64,000 nt of DNA, from the NCBI GenBank assembly GCA_964491605.1, contig CAZBGY010000001.1, positions 99,461-163,460 of the forward strand, in the 5' to 3' direction. The position numbers and the translations under genes are program-made. Under the pieces are notes generated by a model. The model saw only the letters and a list, made by a program, of their open reading frames with translations. It did not search any database and was not told where the DNA came from. The number at the start of each line of letters is the position of its first letter. The first letter of the stretch is position 1. Source of the DNA: an uncultured Candidatus Bathyarchaeia archaeon. GTDB taxonomy: Archaea > Thermoproteota > CALKCG01 > B24 > DRYS01. Shown here piece by piece: positions 29,436 through 38,881 of this stretch.

Positions 29436-30139
29436 AGCTTCAAAGCCTCCTTAAAATCTATAGTCCCCTCATACAGTGCTCTACCCAATATTACGGCGGA
29501 TACCCCTAGATCTCTGAGTTCTATGAGATCCGTGAGTGAAGATACACCTCCAGCATAGATTATAGGTGTGTTTAGATTTTCTACAAGCATCCTGACAGTA
29601 TGCGTATCCACACCACCAAGCGTACCTTCTAGATCTATGCATGTATAGAGGAAACCTGCTAAACCCATATGGTCAAACCTCCTAGCATAAGATAGAATAT
29701 CCACATCAGTAGACGCACTCCAACCTCGAATTTTAAGCATACCTCCAGATGAGTCTAGAGCCAGTATGATCTTTCTTCCTCCGATAACATTAGCTAAATA
29801 CTCTACGAGTTTAGGCTTATCGTAAGCTACCGTACCTACCACAACCCTATCCACTCCTGCTTCTATGTACCGTATAAAATCATCTAGAATCCTTAGCCCT
29901 CCTCCGACTTGCACTGGTACCTTAACAGTTTTTACGATCTCAGCTATAACCTTAAAATTGATAGGCCTACCTATGGAAGCTCCATCGAGATCGACTACGT
30001 GTATTCTCGAAGCCCCCTCAGAAGCCCATCTTAACGCAACCTGTCTAGGCTCTCCTATTCTAATACCTGTACCCGGCTTCCCACGTATACGTTTAACGCA
30101 TATACCACCTTCTATATCTACCGAAGGTATGATCTCCAC
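29426..30139 (-). CDS. hisA: ProFAR isomerase
   Basis: IIPSVDI, HVVDLDGA, QVGGGLR, YAGGV, GRALYEG. Confidence 0.95.
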   Translation of the reverse strand: MEIIPSVDIEGGICVKRIRGKPGTGIRIGEPRQVALRWASEGASRIHVVDLDGASIGRPINFKVIAEIVKTVKVPVQVGGGLRILDDFIRYIEAGVDRVVVGTVAYDKPKLVEYLANVIGGRKIILALDSSGGMLKIRGWSASTDVDILSYARRFDHMGLAGFLYTCIDLEGTLGGVDTHTVRMLVENLNTPIIYAGGVSSLTDLIELRDLGVSAVILGRALYEGTIDFKEALKLCV

Positions 30140-30153
30140 TCCTTTACAACCCC

Positions 30154-31020
30154 CTACAATACCACCCGTTCTATCGGCAACACCACTATATCCCTACCCC
30201 CAGCCTTCTTTGCCTCGCTTATAACTCGATATAGATCGCTTTCAGGGATCACTGTATATACCTCCCACATCTTAGTTTCAGCTCTAACTTCAGCGATCGT
30301 AGGCCCAGCCATAGCTGGTAGTACAGCTAAAACAGAGCTAAGCCTATCATCCGGCACATTCATCATAATAAGCTTCATCCCTTCAGCTCTGATGACGCTA
30401 TCTAATGCTAAACGTACCTCCTCGATTAACTTCCGTTTACTCTCGAAGCTTACAGGATTAGCTATAAGCTTCGCAGATGTATTCATAATCTCAGCTAGAA
30501 TCTTCAATCTATGCATAGCTAACGTAGATCCTGTACTCGTAACATCAACTATAAGATCAGCGATACCTAAATACGGTGTAACCTCAGCGGCGCCTGAAAT
30601 CCTAAGTATAGATACATCTAAACCTGCAGATTCGAAGAACTTCCTAGCTATATTAACATACTTTGTAGCTACCACACTGCCAGGCTTCACTTCTTCGAGA
30701 CTATCTATAGAATTTTCCGGAGCTGCTACTACTATCCTAGCCCGTCCATACCCTAAATCTAAGAGCTCTAAAACCTTTACACCAGCTTCTACGACATAAT
30801 CATGGCCGGTTACCCCTAGATCGGCAGCGCCTAAAGCTACGAATCCAGGTATATCCATCGCCCTAGCGAATATAAGCTCTATATTGGGATTCGAAGTCTG
30901 ACTATAGAGAAGTCTACCAGTATATTCCCCTCTTAACCCCGCTCTCCTCAATAAGTTCAATGTAGGTTCTCGAAGCCTACCCTTATTAGGTACCGCTATC
31001 CTGAGCTTCATCGACTCCAC
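30154..31020 (-). CDS. hisG: ATP phosphoribosyltransferase (long form)
   Basis: PNKGRL, DIP, DLGVTG.D, ATKY, E..P.LG.AD.IVD..STG.TL. Confidence 0.96.
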   Translation of the reverse strand: MESMKLRIAVPNKGRLREPTLNLLRRAGLRGEYTGRLLYSQTSNPNIELIFARAMDIPGFVALGAADLGVTGHDYVVEAGVKVLELLDLGYGRARIVVAAPENSIDSLEEVKPGSVVATKYVNIARKFFESAGLDVSILRISGAAEVTPYLGIADLIVDVTSTGSTLAMHRLKILAEIMNTSAKLIANPVSFESKRKLIEEVRLALDSVIRAEGMKLIMMNVPDDRLSSVLAVLPAMAGPTIAEVRAETKMWEVYTVIPESDLYRVISEAKKAGGRDIVVLPIERVVL

Positions 31021-32114
31021 CTACCCGAGGCTATATCTAGCAGGGCGTTTAAGAATAGATCATTCTCCTCAGGTCTACCTATAGTGACGCGGAATAGGCA
31101 TCCTCTACGCATGCCAAGCTTAGACCATACCCTAACCGAAACTCCTCTCTCGATAAGAAGGGATTTAAACTCCTCTGGGTTGAACCCTAGCTTCGTCCCA
31201 TCTATGAGTATAAAATTAGCTTCGGATGGGAAGAGTTTAAGACTAGGTACGTTTGAGAGTCTATCGAATAATCTATCTCTCTCTAGGATTATAGCTTCAA
31301 CTACTCTTCTAAGATGCTCATCGTCTTGGATAGCTATTTCCGCCGCTTTCACGGCTAGGAGATTCACGCTATACGGTGATCTAATCTTCCTTATATTATC
31401 CGCCATCCATCTACTCGTCGCTATGTACCCGATCCTAAGACCAGCTAATCCATATGCTTTCGAAAACGTTCTTAGAACTATTAGGTTTTCGTAATCTTTG
31501 AGCATACCTACAACTGTTTCGAATCGGGCAAACTCTATGTATGCTTCATCCACTAATACGGGTATTCCATACTCCAATATCCTAGCTATATCCCTCTTCT
31601 CGATATATCCTCCCGTAGGATTGTTAGGATTACATATAGTTATTAGTCGAACCCTATCTCTAAGCCTATCGAGCATACTTAAAAATGCCTCGATATTAAA
31701 TACATAATCCTCCGTCATAGTATATTCAGCTATACACCCCCCAGCTATACCTGTGTACACCTTATACATGGAGAAGCTTGGATTAATGGTGATGACAACA
31801 TCTCCAGGATCTATGAGTAGCTTAATCGTTAGATCTATGAGTTCATCTGAGCCTGAACCAAGCATCACACATCTAGCATCATCCAATCCAAGCCTAGAAG
31901 CTATCGATTCCTCAAGCCGCTCATAATCCTCTTTAGATGGATACCTCCATATATCCTTCAAACTGTTTATCAGAACATCGTAGACTCTTGGGGATGGTCC
32001 ATAAGGATTCTCGTTAGCATCAAGCTTAGCTATACACCCCCCTCTTCGAGGCGTCTCGTATCCATCTAAATCCAGTACAGCTTTCCGTATCTTGATATTC
32101 TTCGGTGGGAACAT
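31008..32114 (-). CDS. hisC: Histidinol-phosphate aminotransferase
   Basis: LDANENP, GSDE, NPNNPTG, DEAY, RTFSKAYGLAGLRIGY. Confidence 0.95.
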   Translation of the reverse strand: MFPPKNIKIRKAVLDLDGYETPRRGGCIAKLDANENPYGPSPRVYDVLINSLKDIWRYPSKEDYERLEESIASRLGLDDARCVMLGSGSDELIDLTIKLLIDPGDVVITINPSFSMYKVYTGIAGGCIAEYTMTEDYVFNIEAFLSMLDRLRDRVRLITICNPNNPTGGYIEKRDIARILEYGIPVLVDEAYIEFARFETVVGMLKDYENLIVLRTFSKAYGLAGLRIGYIATSRWMADNIRKIRSPYSVNLLAVKAAEIAIQDDEHLRRVVEAIILERDRLFDRLSNVPSLKLFPSEANFILIDGTKLGFNPEEFKSLLIERGVSVRVWSKLGMRRGCLFRVTIGRPEENDLFLNALLDIASGRWSR

Positions 32115-32140
32115 TGTGGGATTAATCCTTAAGATACACT

Positions 32141-32596
32141 CTAATAAATGTTTCCATGTATATACCCGTCTATCTCGCTGAGAAGCTTCTCTATATCCTT
32201 AAACCTTTCGGCTATAGTCGGTCCAGAGCCAAAGCCTCTGCATCCAATCTTAGAGGAATAATTCCAATTCATATCCAGGATGAATGTATCGTTGATTAGT
32301 TTAACTGTTATCGGAAATAATCTGCAGTTAACAGGGCTCCATCCATACTTAAGTCTAAGCATACATAAACCGTCATCTGTAAGGAAGATGCAATGCGAAT
32401 CTACAGCCTTGAGATAGTGTACTTGCCCTATGTAAGCTACAGAATCCCTGTAGCCCATGCGCCTAATTCTAGATACCTCCTGCGGATAAAGTTGAAGCGG
32501 TATAACGTCTTCGAAAACTGTACGGCAGCAGGATCCGCATTTAACGCATTCGAATCTTATGTTAGGGTCGAATCCTAAGACTATCTGATGCCTCAT
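32141..32596 (-). CDS. YkgJ-family cysteine-cluster protein
   Basis: CVKCGSCC, CIFL...C, P..CRLFP, CRGF. Confidence 0.85.
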   Translation of the reverse strand: MRHQIVLGFDPNIRFECVKCGSCCRTVFEDVIPLQLYPQEVSRIRRMGYRDSVAYIGQVHYLKAVDSHCIFLTDDGLCMLRLKYGWSPVNCRLFPITVKLINDTFILDMNWNYSSKIGCRGFGSGPTIAERFKDIEKLLSEIDGYIHGNIY

Positions 32597-32675
32597 CTTT
32601 AAACACTCCAGTTATGCTGGGATTGCCATACTCATCGCAGCAGTTTAATATAAATATTATCCTTTCCCTATCGTA

Positions 32676-33560
32676 ATGTATACGGTGGGGTATAGCATGT
32701 CAATAGTGGATTTCCACATCCATCCAGTTAATTTAGAAGAGTTTCATAGAGTTGATCCAAATCTAACATCAGCTTTACGCGATATATATGGGCTTAGAAT
32801 AGGTTTGCAGCCTTTGAAAGTATTCGTTAATCAGCTTAGATTCTTCGGCGTATCTAAAGCCGCCATCTTAGGTTTAGATCTATCCAGAACATACGGTGTA
32901 AAGCTTCCTAGTAATGAAGATTTAGCTAGAATGATTTTGATGTATCCAGATCTATTTATAGGTTTCATTGGTTTAGATCCTCTAAAAGGGGATGAAGCGT
33001 TAAGTGAATGTGAGAAGTTTATCGATAAGCGTAGATTTAAAGGTGTCAAGCTAAATCCAGCTCTTCAAGGCTTCAGACCTGACGATGAACGTATCTATCC
33101 TGTATACGAGTTGCTGGAGGATCTAGGCGCTATACTCGTTGTGCATACGGGCTTCTCATGGAATATACGTAGCAATCTAACGTACAGTTACCCGTTACTC
33201 ATAGAACCTATCGCTTTTAAGTTTAGAGAGCTTAAAATTGTTTTGGCGCATATGGGGTGGCCTTGGATTTGGGAATCTATCTGTTTAGCCCTCCGCTACG
33301 AGAATGTATACTTAGATACAGCCGATACGTTTACAGGTACTCCTAAAGATCATCTCAAGAAAGTTTTCGTGGAAACATTGGGGGTTAACTTTGTAGAAAA
33401 TTTTCTAAAGGATAAAATACTATTCGGGTCCAATCACCCTCGTATGGAATCCGGAAAGGTTTTAGAGGCTATACGTACTCTCCCTATAGAAGATGAAATT
33501 AAAGGTCGTATTCTAGGATTAAACGCTCTACATATTCTAGGAGAGGTGGATGTTCCGTGA
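32676..33560 (+). CDS. Amidohydrolase family 2 metal-dependent hydrolase
   Basis: DFHIH, GVKL.P, HTG, LAHMGWPW, VYLDT, ILFGSNHP. Confidence 0.88.
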   Translation: MYTVGYSMSIVDFHIHPVNLEEFHRVDPNLTSALRDIYGLRIGLQPLKVFVNQLRFFGVSKAAILGLDLSRTYGVKLPSNEDLARMILMYPDLFIGFIGLDPLKGDEALSECEKFIDKRRFKGVKLNPALQGFRPDDERIYPVYELLEDLGAILVVHTGFSWNIRSNLTYSYPLLIEPIAFKFRELKIVLAHMGWPWIWESICLALRYENVYLDTADTFTGTPKDHLKKVFVETLGVNFVENFLKDKILFGSNHPRMESGKVLEAIRTLPIEDEIKGRILGLNALHILGEVDVP

Positions 33561-33988
33561 AAATCTATGGTGAATACTTGAGGATTGAATCTAGGAAAGA
33601 TGAAGATATCATAGATATAACAGGCCTACTATCCGAGGTTGTAGGTAGAAGCGGTGTTAACAATGGTATAGTTACCGTTTATACCATGCATACGACGACA
33701 GGTATAGCTGTTAACGAAGGTGAAGAAGGTCTTACCAAGGATATAGTTAGATTCTTATCCAGATTGGTACCTAAAGATGAAGACTATATGCACCATCATT
33801 TCTTTAGAGAGGATGGACGTATGGCTGTGAATGCATGGGCCCATCTACGATCTATACTAGTAGGTATGCATACCTCTCTCCCCATCTCTAACGGGAAGAT
33901 AGTTATAGGTATGAGGCAGAGGGTATTCTTCATAGATTTCGATGGGCCTCAAGCTAGGTCGATATACGTACAAGTGATCGGTATCTAA
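33557..33988 (+). CDS. YjbQ (UPF0047) family protein
   Basis: HTT.GI..NE, NA.AHLRS, DFDGP..R. Confidence 0.9.
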   Translation: MKIYGEYLRIESRKDEDIIDITGLLSEVVGRSGVNNGIVTVYTMHTTTGIAVNEGEEGLTKDIVRFLSRLVPKDEDYMHHHFFREDGRMAVNAWAHLRSILVGMHTSLPISNGKIVIGMRQRVFFIDFDGPQARSIYVQVIGI

Positions 33989-34998
33989 ATACCTGCTACT
34001 CTTCCTATTATCAAATATTTTTCATCTCTCTTAGTGAAGATAACATCAAAGCCTGCCCCCTTCAAAGCTATTAGTACCTCACACCATGGGAAATTCTCTA
34101 AATCTAATACCTCTACTTCAAATCCGCCATAAGCCTCCCTTACCTCTCCTCTTCCCTTAACAATCTCTCTCAATCTATCATAGATATTTATCGTAGGTAT
34201 AGCTAGCTCCTCCAGCTTTATTTTCCTCGCCTCCTCCATCTCCTTTAATCTACTCTTATATTGTTCAACTTCCGCTTCCAGTTCCTTAATCCTGTTACGT
34301 AGGCCTGCTACTACTTCTCTAACCTTATCTATCCTAAGCTTCTCCTCAGCAGCCTCCAACCCTAAATCTATAGATGAAACTATATCTTCTGCTCTCTTAG
34401 CTATGGCATCCTTCAAACCTAGAGCTAGAGCTACAGCTAAACCGATAGCTAAACCTAACATGGTGCTCCATATGAGGGCAGTCGCTAAGGTAGTGAGTAT
34501 TGGTATCTCAAGCTTCATAGCGGTTAAACCTGCTAAGATGGATATAAGATATAGAATTCCACGTAGAGCTGATCCTATAATGGTCGATGCCCTTGCAGAT
34601 ATGGGGATAACTATCCGTATGAGGTAGTCAGAGAATATGAAGCCTATAACCGTGACAAATATACCGAATATTAGGAATGGCATGAAATCTACTATGGTTC
34701 TAGACGTCGTTACGATTCCCTGTATATCCGTCATAGTAGCTGCTATATGGAATGCTACCGCATAGACATATAGCCTCGCGAGCACATCTATAACCGAGGA
34801 TATCTTTATACCTGCATCTTTAAGCTGTTTTCCGATATATGTTCTCTTCTCCAGTTGTTCATCTATCCTCAACCTGACGGCTATCATCCTAGCCAATCTA
34901 CCAAGTAGCCTTCCTACAATCCAACCTACCGCTATCACTATGATTATCTTAGCTGCAAGCCATAGCATATCCAGCAGGTATGTCTCTATCAAATCCAC
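33985..34998 (-). CDS. Membrane protein with CmpX/MscS-type TM repeats and a C-terminal coiled coil
   Basis: Two TM-helix repeats, GLAVALALGLKD, then a heptad region and a small soluble domain. Confidence 0.6.
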   Translation of the reverse strand: MDLIETYLLDMLWLAAKIIIVIAVGWIVGRLLGRLARMIAVRLRIDEQLEKRTYIGKQLKDAGIKISSVIDVLARLYVYAVAFHIAATMTDIQGIVTTSRTIVDFMPFLIFGIFVTVIGFIFSDYLIRIVIPISARASTIIGSALRGILYLISILAGLTAMKLEIPILTTLATALIWSTMLGLAIGLAVALALGLKDAIAKRAEDIVSSIDLGLEAAEEKLRIDKVREVVAGLRNRIKELEAEVEQYKSRLKEMEEARKIKLEELAIPTINIYDRLREIVKGRGEVREAYGGFEVEVLDLENFPWCEVLIALKGAGFDVIFTKRDEKYLIIGRVAGI

Positions 34999-35059
34999 CC
35001 CACACTACATTTCTTAATCTTAGGTTAAAAACATTAATAGATACAACTGCATAGAAAGT

Positions 35060-36607
35060 CTACCTCTCTAATATGAAAGCTTTACTGTAAACCGGGGCTC
35101 TCTCAACTTTCTGTATCAGCATATCCATATATCCGCCAACACCTATGAATAGGCCCTCTTCTTCGATCTTACCGATAGTATAATCTAGCTTATACTCTTT
35201 CTCAGCGTATAAGGTGAATAACGGATCTCCAGGCTCAACCATGTCCCCTACCTTCTTGTGCAGTTCTATGCCGGCACCCTTATCTTTAGGTGCTCCCAGC
35301 AGCCTAACCGCTTCTACAAGACTATTATTATCTATCCAGAGAACCACGCCTTTCCTAGTGGATCTAAAGGTATATCTGCATCCACCTACCGCTACATCTT
35401 CAGGCCTTATGTTGGGGTCTCCACCTTGAGCTTCTATAATCTCCTTGAGCTTAGATAAGGCTATTCCCTTCTTCACGGTCGCTAAAGCTATATTATAGCC
35501 ATCATCCTCGCCTACAGATTCTAGAAGCATCCCGGCTATATTGCATGCTTTATCCAGTAGATCTGGGACGCTCCTAGACATTGATAGTAGCTCTAAAGCT
35601 TCTCTGGCCTCCAAAGCTGGGCCTACCGTGAAGCCTATAGGTTGCTCACCATATGTTATACAACACTTAGTCTTTATATTTAGTAGATCGCTCAGCCTTA
35701 TAAAGTCTTTAGCTAAAAGATTTGCCTCCCCTATAGTTTTCACCTTCGTCCCCCTCCCAGTTGGTATATCTACGACCAGGTATTCAGCTCCGACTGCCTT
35801 CTTCTTAGCCATAATGGATGGTAGTAGTAGCGGATCTATCTGTAGAGGTCTCTCAATATTCACGAAGATATCATCTGCAGGGGCTAGGTGTAGAGCTCCG
35901 CCCCAAACTATGCATCCTCCAGTTTTCTCCACAACCTCTTTCATTTCGCTTATCGAAAGGGATACAGGCATGAGAGCTTCAGCTCTATCAGCCGTACCTG
36001 CTGCTGATGTTATAGCTCTAGAAGATGTCTTAGGTATAGTGTAGCCTAACGATGCTATTATCGGTACTACGATCAATGTAGTCTTATCCCCTGGTACTCC
36101 TCCTATCGAATGCTTATCAAGTATGGGTTTCTTTTTTAGCTCAAGTCTTTCGCCTGTAGCAACCATAGCTTCTGACATAGCTGCAGCCTCTTCCAAGCTT
36201 AAACCATATATATGTAGGCTTGCTACAAATGCTGTTATTTCGATCTCGCTTAGATTGCCGTGGACAACATCGTACACTATCTCGTATATGGCATCTCTAT
36301 CTAGGCTTCTACCTCTAAGCTTCTCTCTTATATGCTGTATTGATCTAGGTGGAGGTGAAGGTTCTATATCTACTTCTACTCCCTCTTTTAATCCTAGATA
36401 CGATGTTACTTCTCTATATGCCCCCATCCATCCGTGATCTATGAAATAACTGGTAGTGTTGACTATGGCTGTTATACTCTTACCATTGAACCCTATCCTC
36501 ACCCTATTTAAACTTTTTACTCCAATTTCCTCAGCATCGGATTCGTTGAGTATAACTATCCATTTACCACCCGCTTCTAAGCTTAAAGGTTTAACTCTAA
36601 GCTTCAA
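35060..36607 (-). CDS. AMP phosphorylase
   Basis: DKHSIGGVPGDKT, PKTSSRAITSAAGTAD, N-terminal barrel extension typical of archaeal AMPpase. Confidence 0.93.
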   Translation of the reverse strand: MKLRVKPLSLEAGGKWIVILNESDAEEIGVKSLNRVRIGFNGKSITAIVNTTSYFIDHGWMGAYREVTSYLGLKEGVEVDIEPSPPPRSIQHIREKLRGRSLDRDAIYEIVYDVVHGNLSEIEITAFVASLHIYGLSLEEAAAMSEAMVATGERLELKKKPILDKHSIGGVPGDKTTLIVVPIIASLGYTIPKTSSRAITSAAGTADRAEALMPVSLSISEMKEVVEKTGGCIVWGGALHLAPADDIFVNIERPLQIDPLLLPSIMAKKKAVGAEYLVVDIPTGRGTKVKTIGEANLLAKDFIRLSDLLNIKTKCCITYGEQPIGFTVGPALEAREALELLSMSRSVPDLLDKACNIAGMLLESVGEDDGYNIALATVKKGIALSKLKEIIEAQGGDPNIRPEDVAVGGCRYTFRSTRKGVVLWIDNNSLVEAVRLLGAPKDKGAGIELHKKVGDMVEPGDPLFTLYAEKEYKLDYTIGKIEEEGLFIGVGGYMDMLIQKVERAPVYSKAFILER

Positions 36608-36672
36608 AGCCTATACAGTGTTCTACATGATACAGATATCCCGATTTAAGTATTAGTATGGTATGGATAAAC

Positions 36673-36954
36673 CTAGGAGCCTATACTCTCCCGTTTTATT
36701 AGAAGTATCCATGGTGTTAGAACAGCTATCAGATTTAACGGAAGGGGGGAGAGATCTATGATCATATCGCCTGTTCTAAGTATGAGTAGCCATACAGCGT
36801 AAGCTAGGATTGAAGCCATTATATAAGATGTAAGCATCCTGAAGCATCTGATGCTTCCGACTTTCCTTCTAATAACGTAAAAGGATAACGGTATCGAAGC
36901 TAAAGCTAGAGCATAGCATAGAGCTAATACTAGGAAGCTTAGATGTTCAGACAT
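36673..36954 (-). CDS. Hypothetical membrane protein (3 TM)
   Basis: 93-aa hydrophobic ORF overlapping the upstream gene. Confidence 0.6.
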   Translation of the reverse strand: MSEHLSFLVLALCYALALASIPLSFYVIRRKVGSIRCFRMLTSYIMASILAYAVWLLILRTGDMIIDLSPLPLNLIAVLTPWILLIKRESIGS

Positions 36955-37159
36955 ACCCTGCCATAAACCTTAACTGAGCTATGCGATCCATAACCTCTAC
37001 AGCCCTCCTCTCCAGTTTATACCTCTCCTCCCTATACTCTTCCTCTGTTACAACCCCGCCTCTACGCTTTTCTTCTAACCGTTTAAATTCCTCGATTATC
37101 CTCTCTTTCTCCTTCTCTAGTTCTTCCAACTTCCTCTTAACAGATTCGACATCGTACAT
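36947..37159 (-). CDS. Small coiled-coil protein
   Basis: 70 aa, E/K/R-rich heptads around a G.VTEEEY turn. Confidence 0.7.
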   Translation of the reverse strand: MYDVESVKRKLEELEKEKERIIEEFKRLEEKRRGGVVTEEEYREERYKLERRAVEVMDRIAQLRFMAGYV

Positions 37160-37196
37160 ATCCGACTTCCGTTCTCCATCATATTTCTATACATAT

Positions 37197-37514
37197 CTAT
37201 ACTTGCACTACCTGAAATATCCTAATCCTATTATGCCCGCCGACGCATTTAATTATACCCTTAGATTCTAGCATCTCTAAGTAATCCTTAGCTACGCTTA
37301 GCTTTATGTTGTACTTGGATGCTAGTGCATACGGTGTTATAACTTTCATCTTCTTAACTTCCTCTATGAACTCTCTACTACCCAACCCTTGAGCATCTAT
37401 AGTCGAACTCTTCTTCTCACTTTTCGTATCTTCTTTTCCCCGCGTCTTCTTTTCCTCTTTAGCGAGTTGAGCTTTGAGCATCTGGGATATAGACTTCTTC
37501 TTAGTACCGCCCAT
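37197..37514 (-). CDS. rps25e: 30S ribosomal protein S25e
   Basis: MGG.KKK.IS, K.ITPY.LA....I.LSVAK..L..L...G. Confidence 0.93.
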   Translation of the reverse strand: MGGTKKKSISQMLKAQLAKEEKKTRGKEDTKSEKKSSTIDAQGLGSREFIEEVKKMKVITPYALASKYNIKLSVAKDYLEMLESKGIIKCVGGHNRIRIFQVVQV

Positions 37515-37597
37515 ACCTACTCCACACTCCTCTAGCCATCTAATTTCTTAATAGAATTAATTAACCTTTCCCTTTAAACCTAGATTTTAGAATCTAG

Positions 37598-38881
37598 GTG
37601 ATCGATGTGAAAATCCTCCTGCCGTATGGTGAGGATTCGATAGATTTCGAAGTACCTAGCGATGTAACATACTATATCGTATCTTCGAAGCTTCCAAGCG
37701 GAGAGGGCGTTAATCAGGATAAACTTATCGATGAAGCTCTGAGCAACCCCATCGGTTTACCGAAGCTGGATGTGCTTCTAAAGAGATCTGATAGAGTATG
37801 CGTACTCATTACCGATAAAACTAGAGCCACTCCAAATAGAGTAATACTACCTATCCTTTTATCCCGTATAAGGGAAGCTGGTGTAAGTAAAGATGATATA
37901 AGTATAATCATAGCGAACGGTCTACATAAGCCCATGAGTAGAGGGGAGCTTGAAGAGTTCCTTGGAAGCCGTATACCCTCAGAATACAACGTTATTAATC
38001 ATGTAGCGGATGATGAGGATTCCTTAAGGTATATGGGTAGGACAAGTTTCGGTACTCTACTCTACGTGAATAGGATTGTAGCAGAATCAGATTTTAGAAT
38101 ATCGGTTGGGCTTGTAGAGCCGCATTTCTTCGCAGGATATAGCGGAGGTAGGAAGCTTATACTCCCTGGGGTATCCGGTGTTAAATCGATATATATGAAT
38201 CATAGCTTCAGGATGCTGTCCCATCCGCTTGCTGATTACGGATATACCGATGGTAATCCTGTTCACGAGGATATGATGGAAGCCGCTTCTATCATTGGTC
38301 TTGAGTATACAGTTAATGTTATCGTAGGTAGAGATAAACGTATGATTTATGCTTCTTCTGGAAGTTTTGTGGAAGCTCATCGTAGAGCTATAGATTTCTT
38401 AAGCTCGATGGTATGCGTAAAGGTACCATTTCAAGCTGATATAACAATCACGACTAATGGTGGATACCCGTTGGATAGGGATCTTTACCAAACCGTTAAA
38501 GGTATGGTGACAGCTTCTAGGATTACAAGGGATAAAGGGGTGATAATAGTTGTGTCTGAGTGCAGGGATGGCGTTGGTCACGCCGATTTTAAGGAGCTTG
38601 CATCTATGTATAGAGATCCACGCAAGATTCTCGAATATATTAAGGCTAACGAGCCTTTAAGGGATCAATGGGAGGTACAGAAGCTTGCTCAGGTGTTATG
38701 TAAGAACAACGTGGTACTGGTATCTAGAGGTGTACGTGAAGAGGAAGCTCTCGACATGAATTTCAAGTATGCTTCAACGGTTGAGGAGGCATATATGGAA
38801 GCGTTAAGAATAGTGGGTAAAGTTGATGTTAAAGTTGCATTCATACCTGAAGGGCCATACGTAATACCTGGTATCCGTTAA
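37598..38881 (+). CDS. larA: Nickel-dependent lactate racemase family protein
   Basis: D.TRATP, ANGLH, PHFFAGYSGGRK.ILPG, GGYPLD..LYQ.VKG, PEGPY. Confidence 0.88.
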   Translation: MIDVKILLPYGEDSIDFEVPSDVTYYIVSSKLPSGEGVNQDKLIDEALSNPIGLPKLDVLLKRSDRVCVLITDKTRATPNRVILPILLSRIREAGVSKDDISIIIANGLHKPMSRGELEEFLGSRIPSEYNVINHVADDEDSLRYMGRTSFGTLLYVNRIVAESDFRISVGLVEPHFFAGYSGGRKLILPGVSGVKSIYMNHSFRMLSHPLADYGYTDGNPVHEDMMEAASIIGLEYTVNVIVGRDKRMIYASSGSFVEAHRRAIDFLSSMVCVKVPFQADITITTNGGYPLDRDLYQTVKGMVTASRITRDKGVIIVVSECRDGVGHADFKELASMYRDPRKILEYIKANEPLRDQWEVQKLAQVLCKNNVVLVSRGVREEEALDMNFKYASTVEEAYMEALRIVGKVDVKVAFIPEGPYVIPGIR

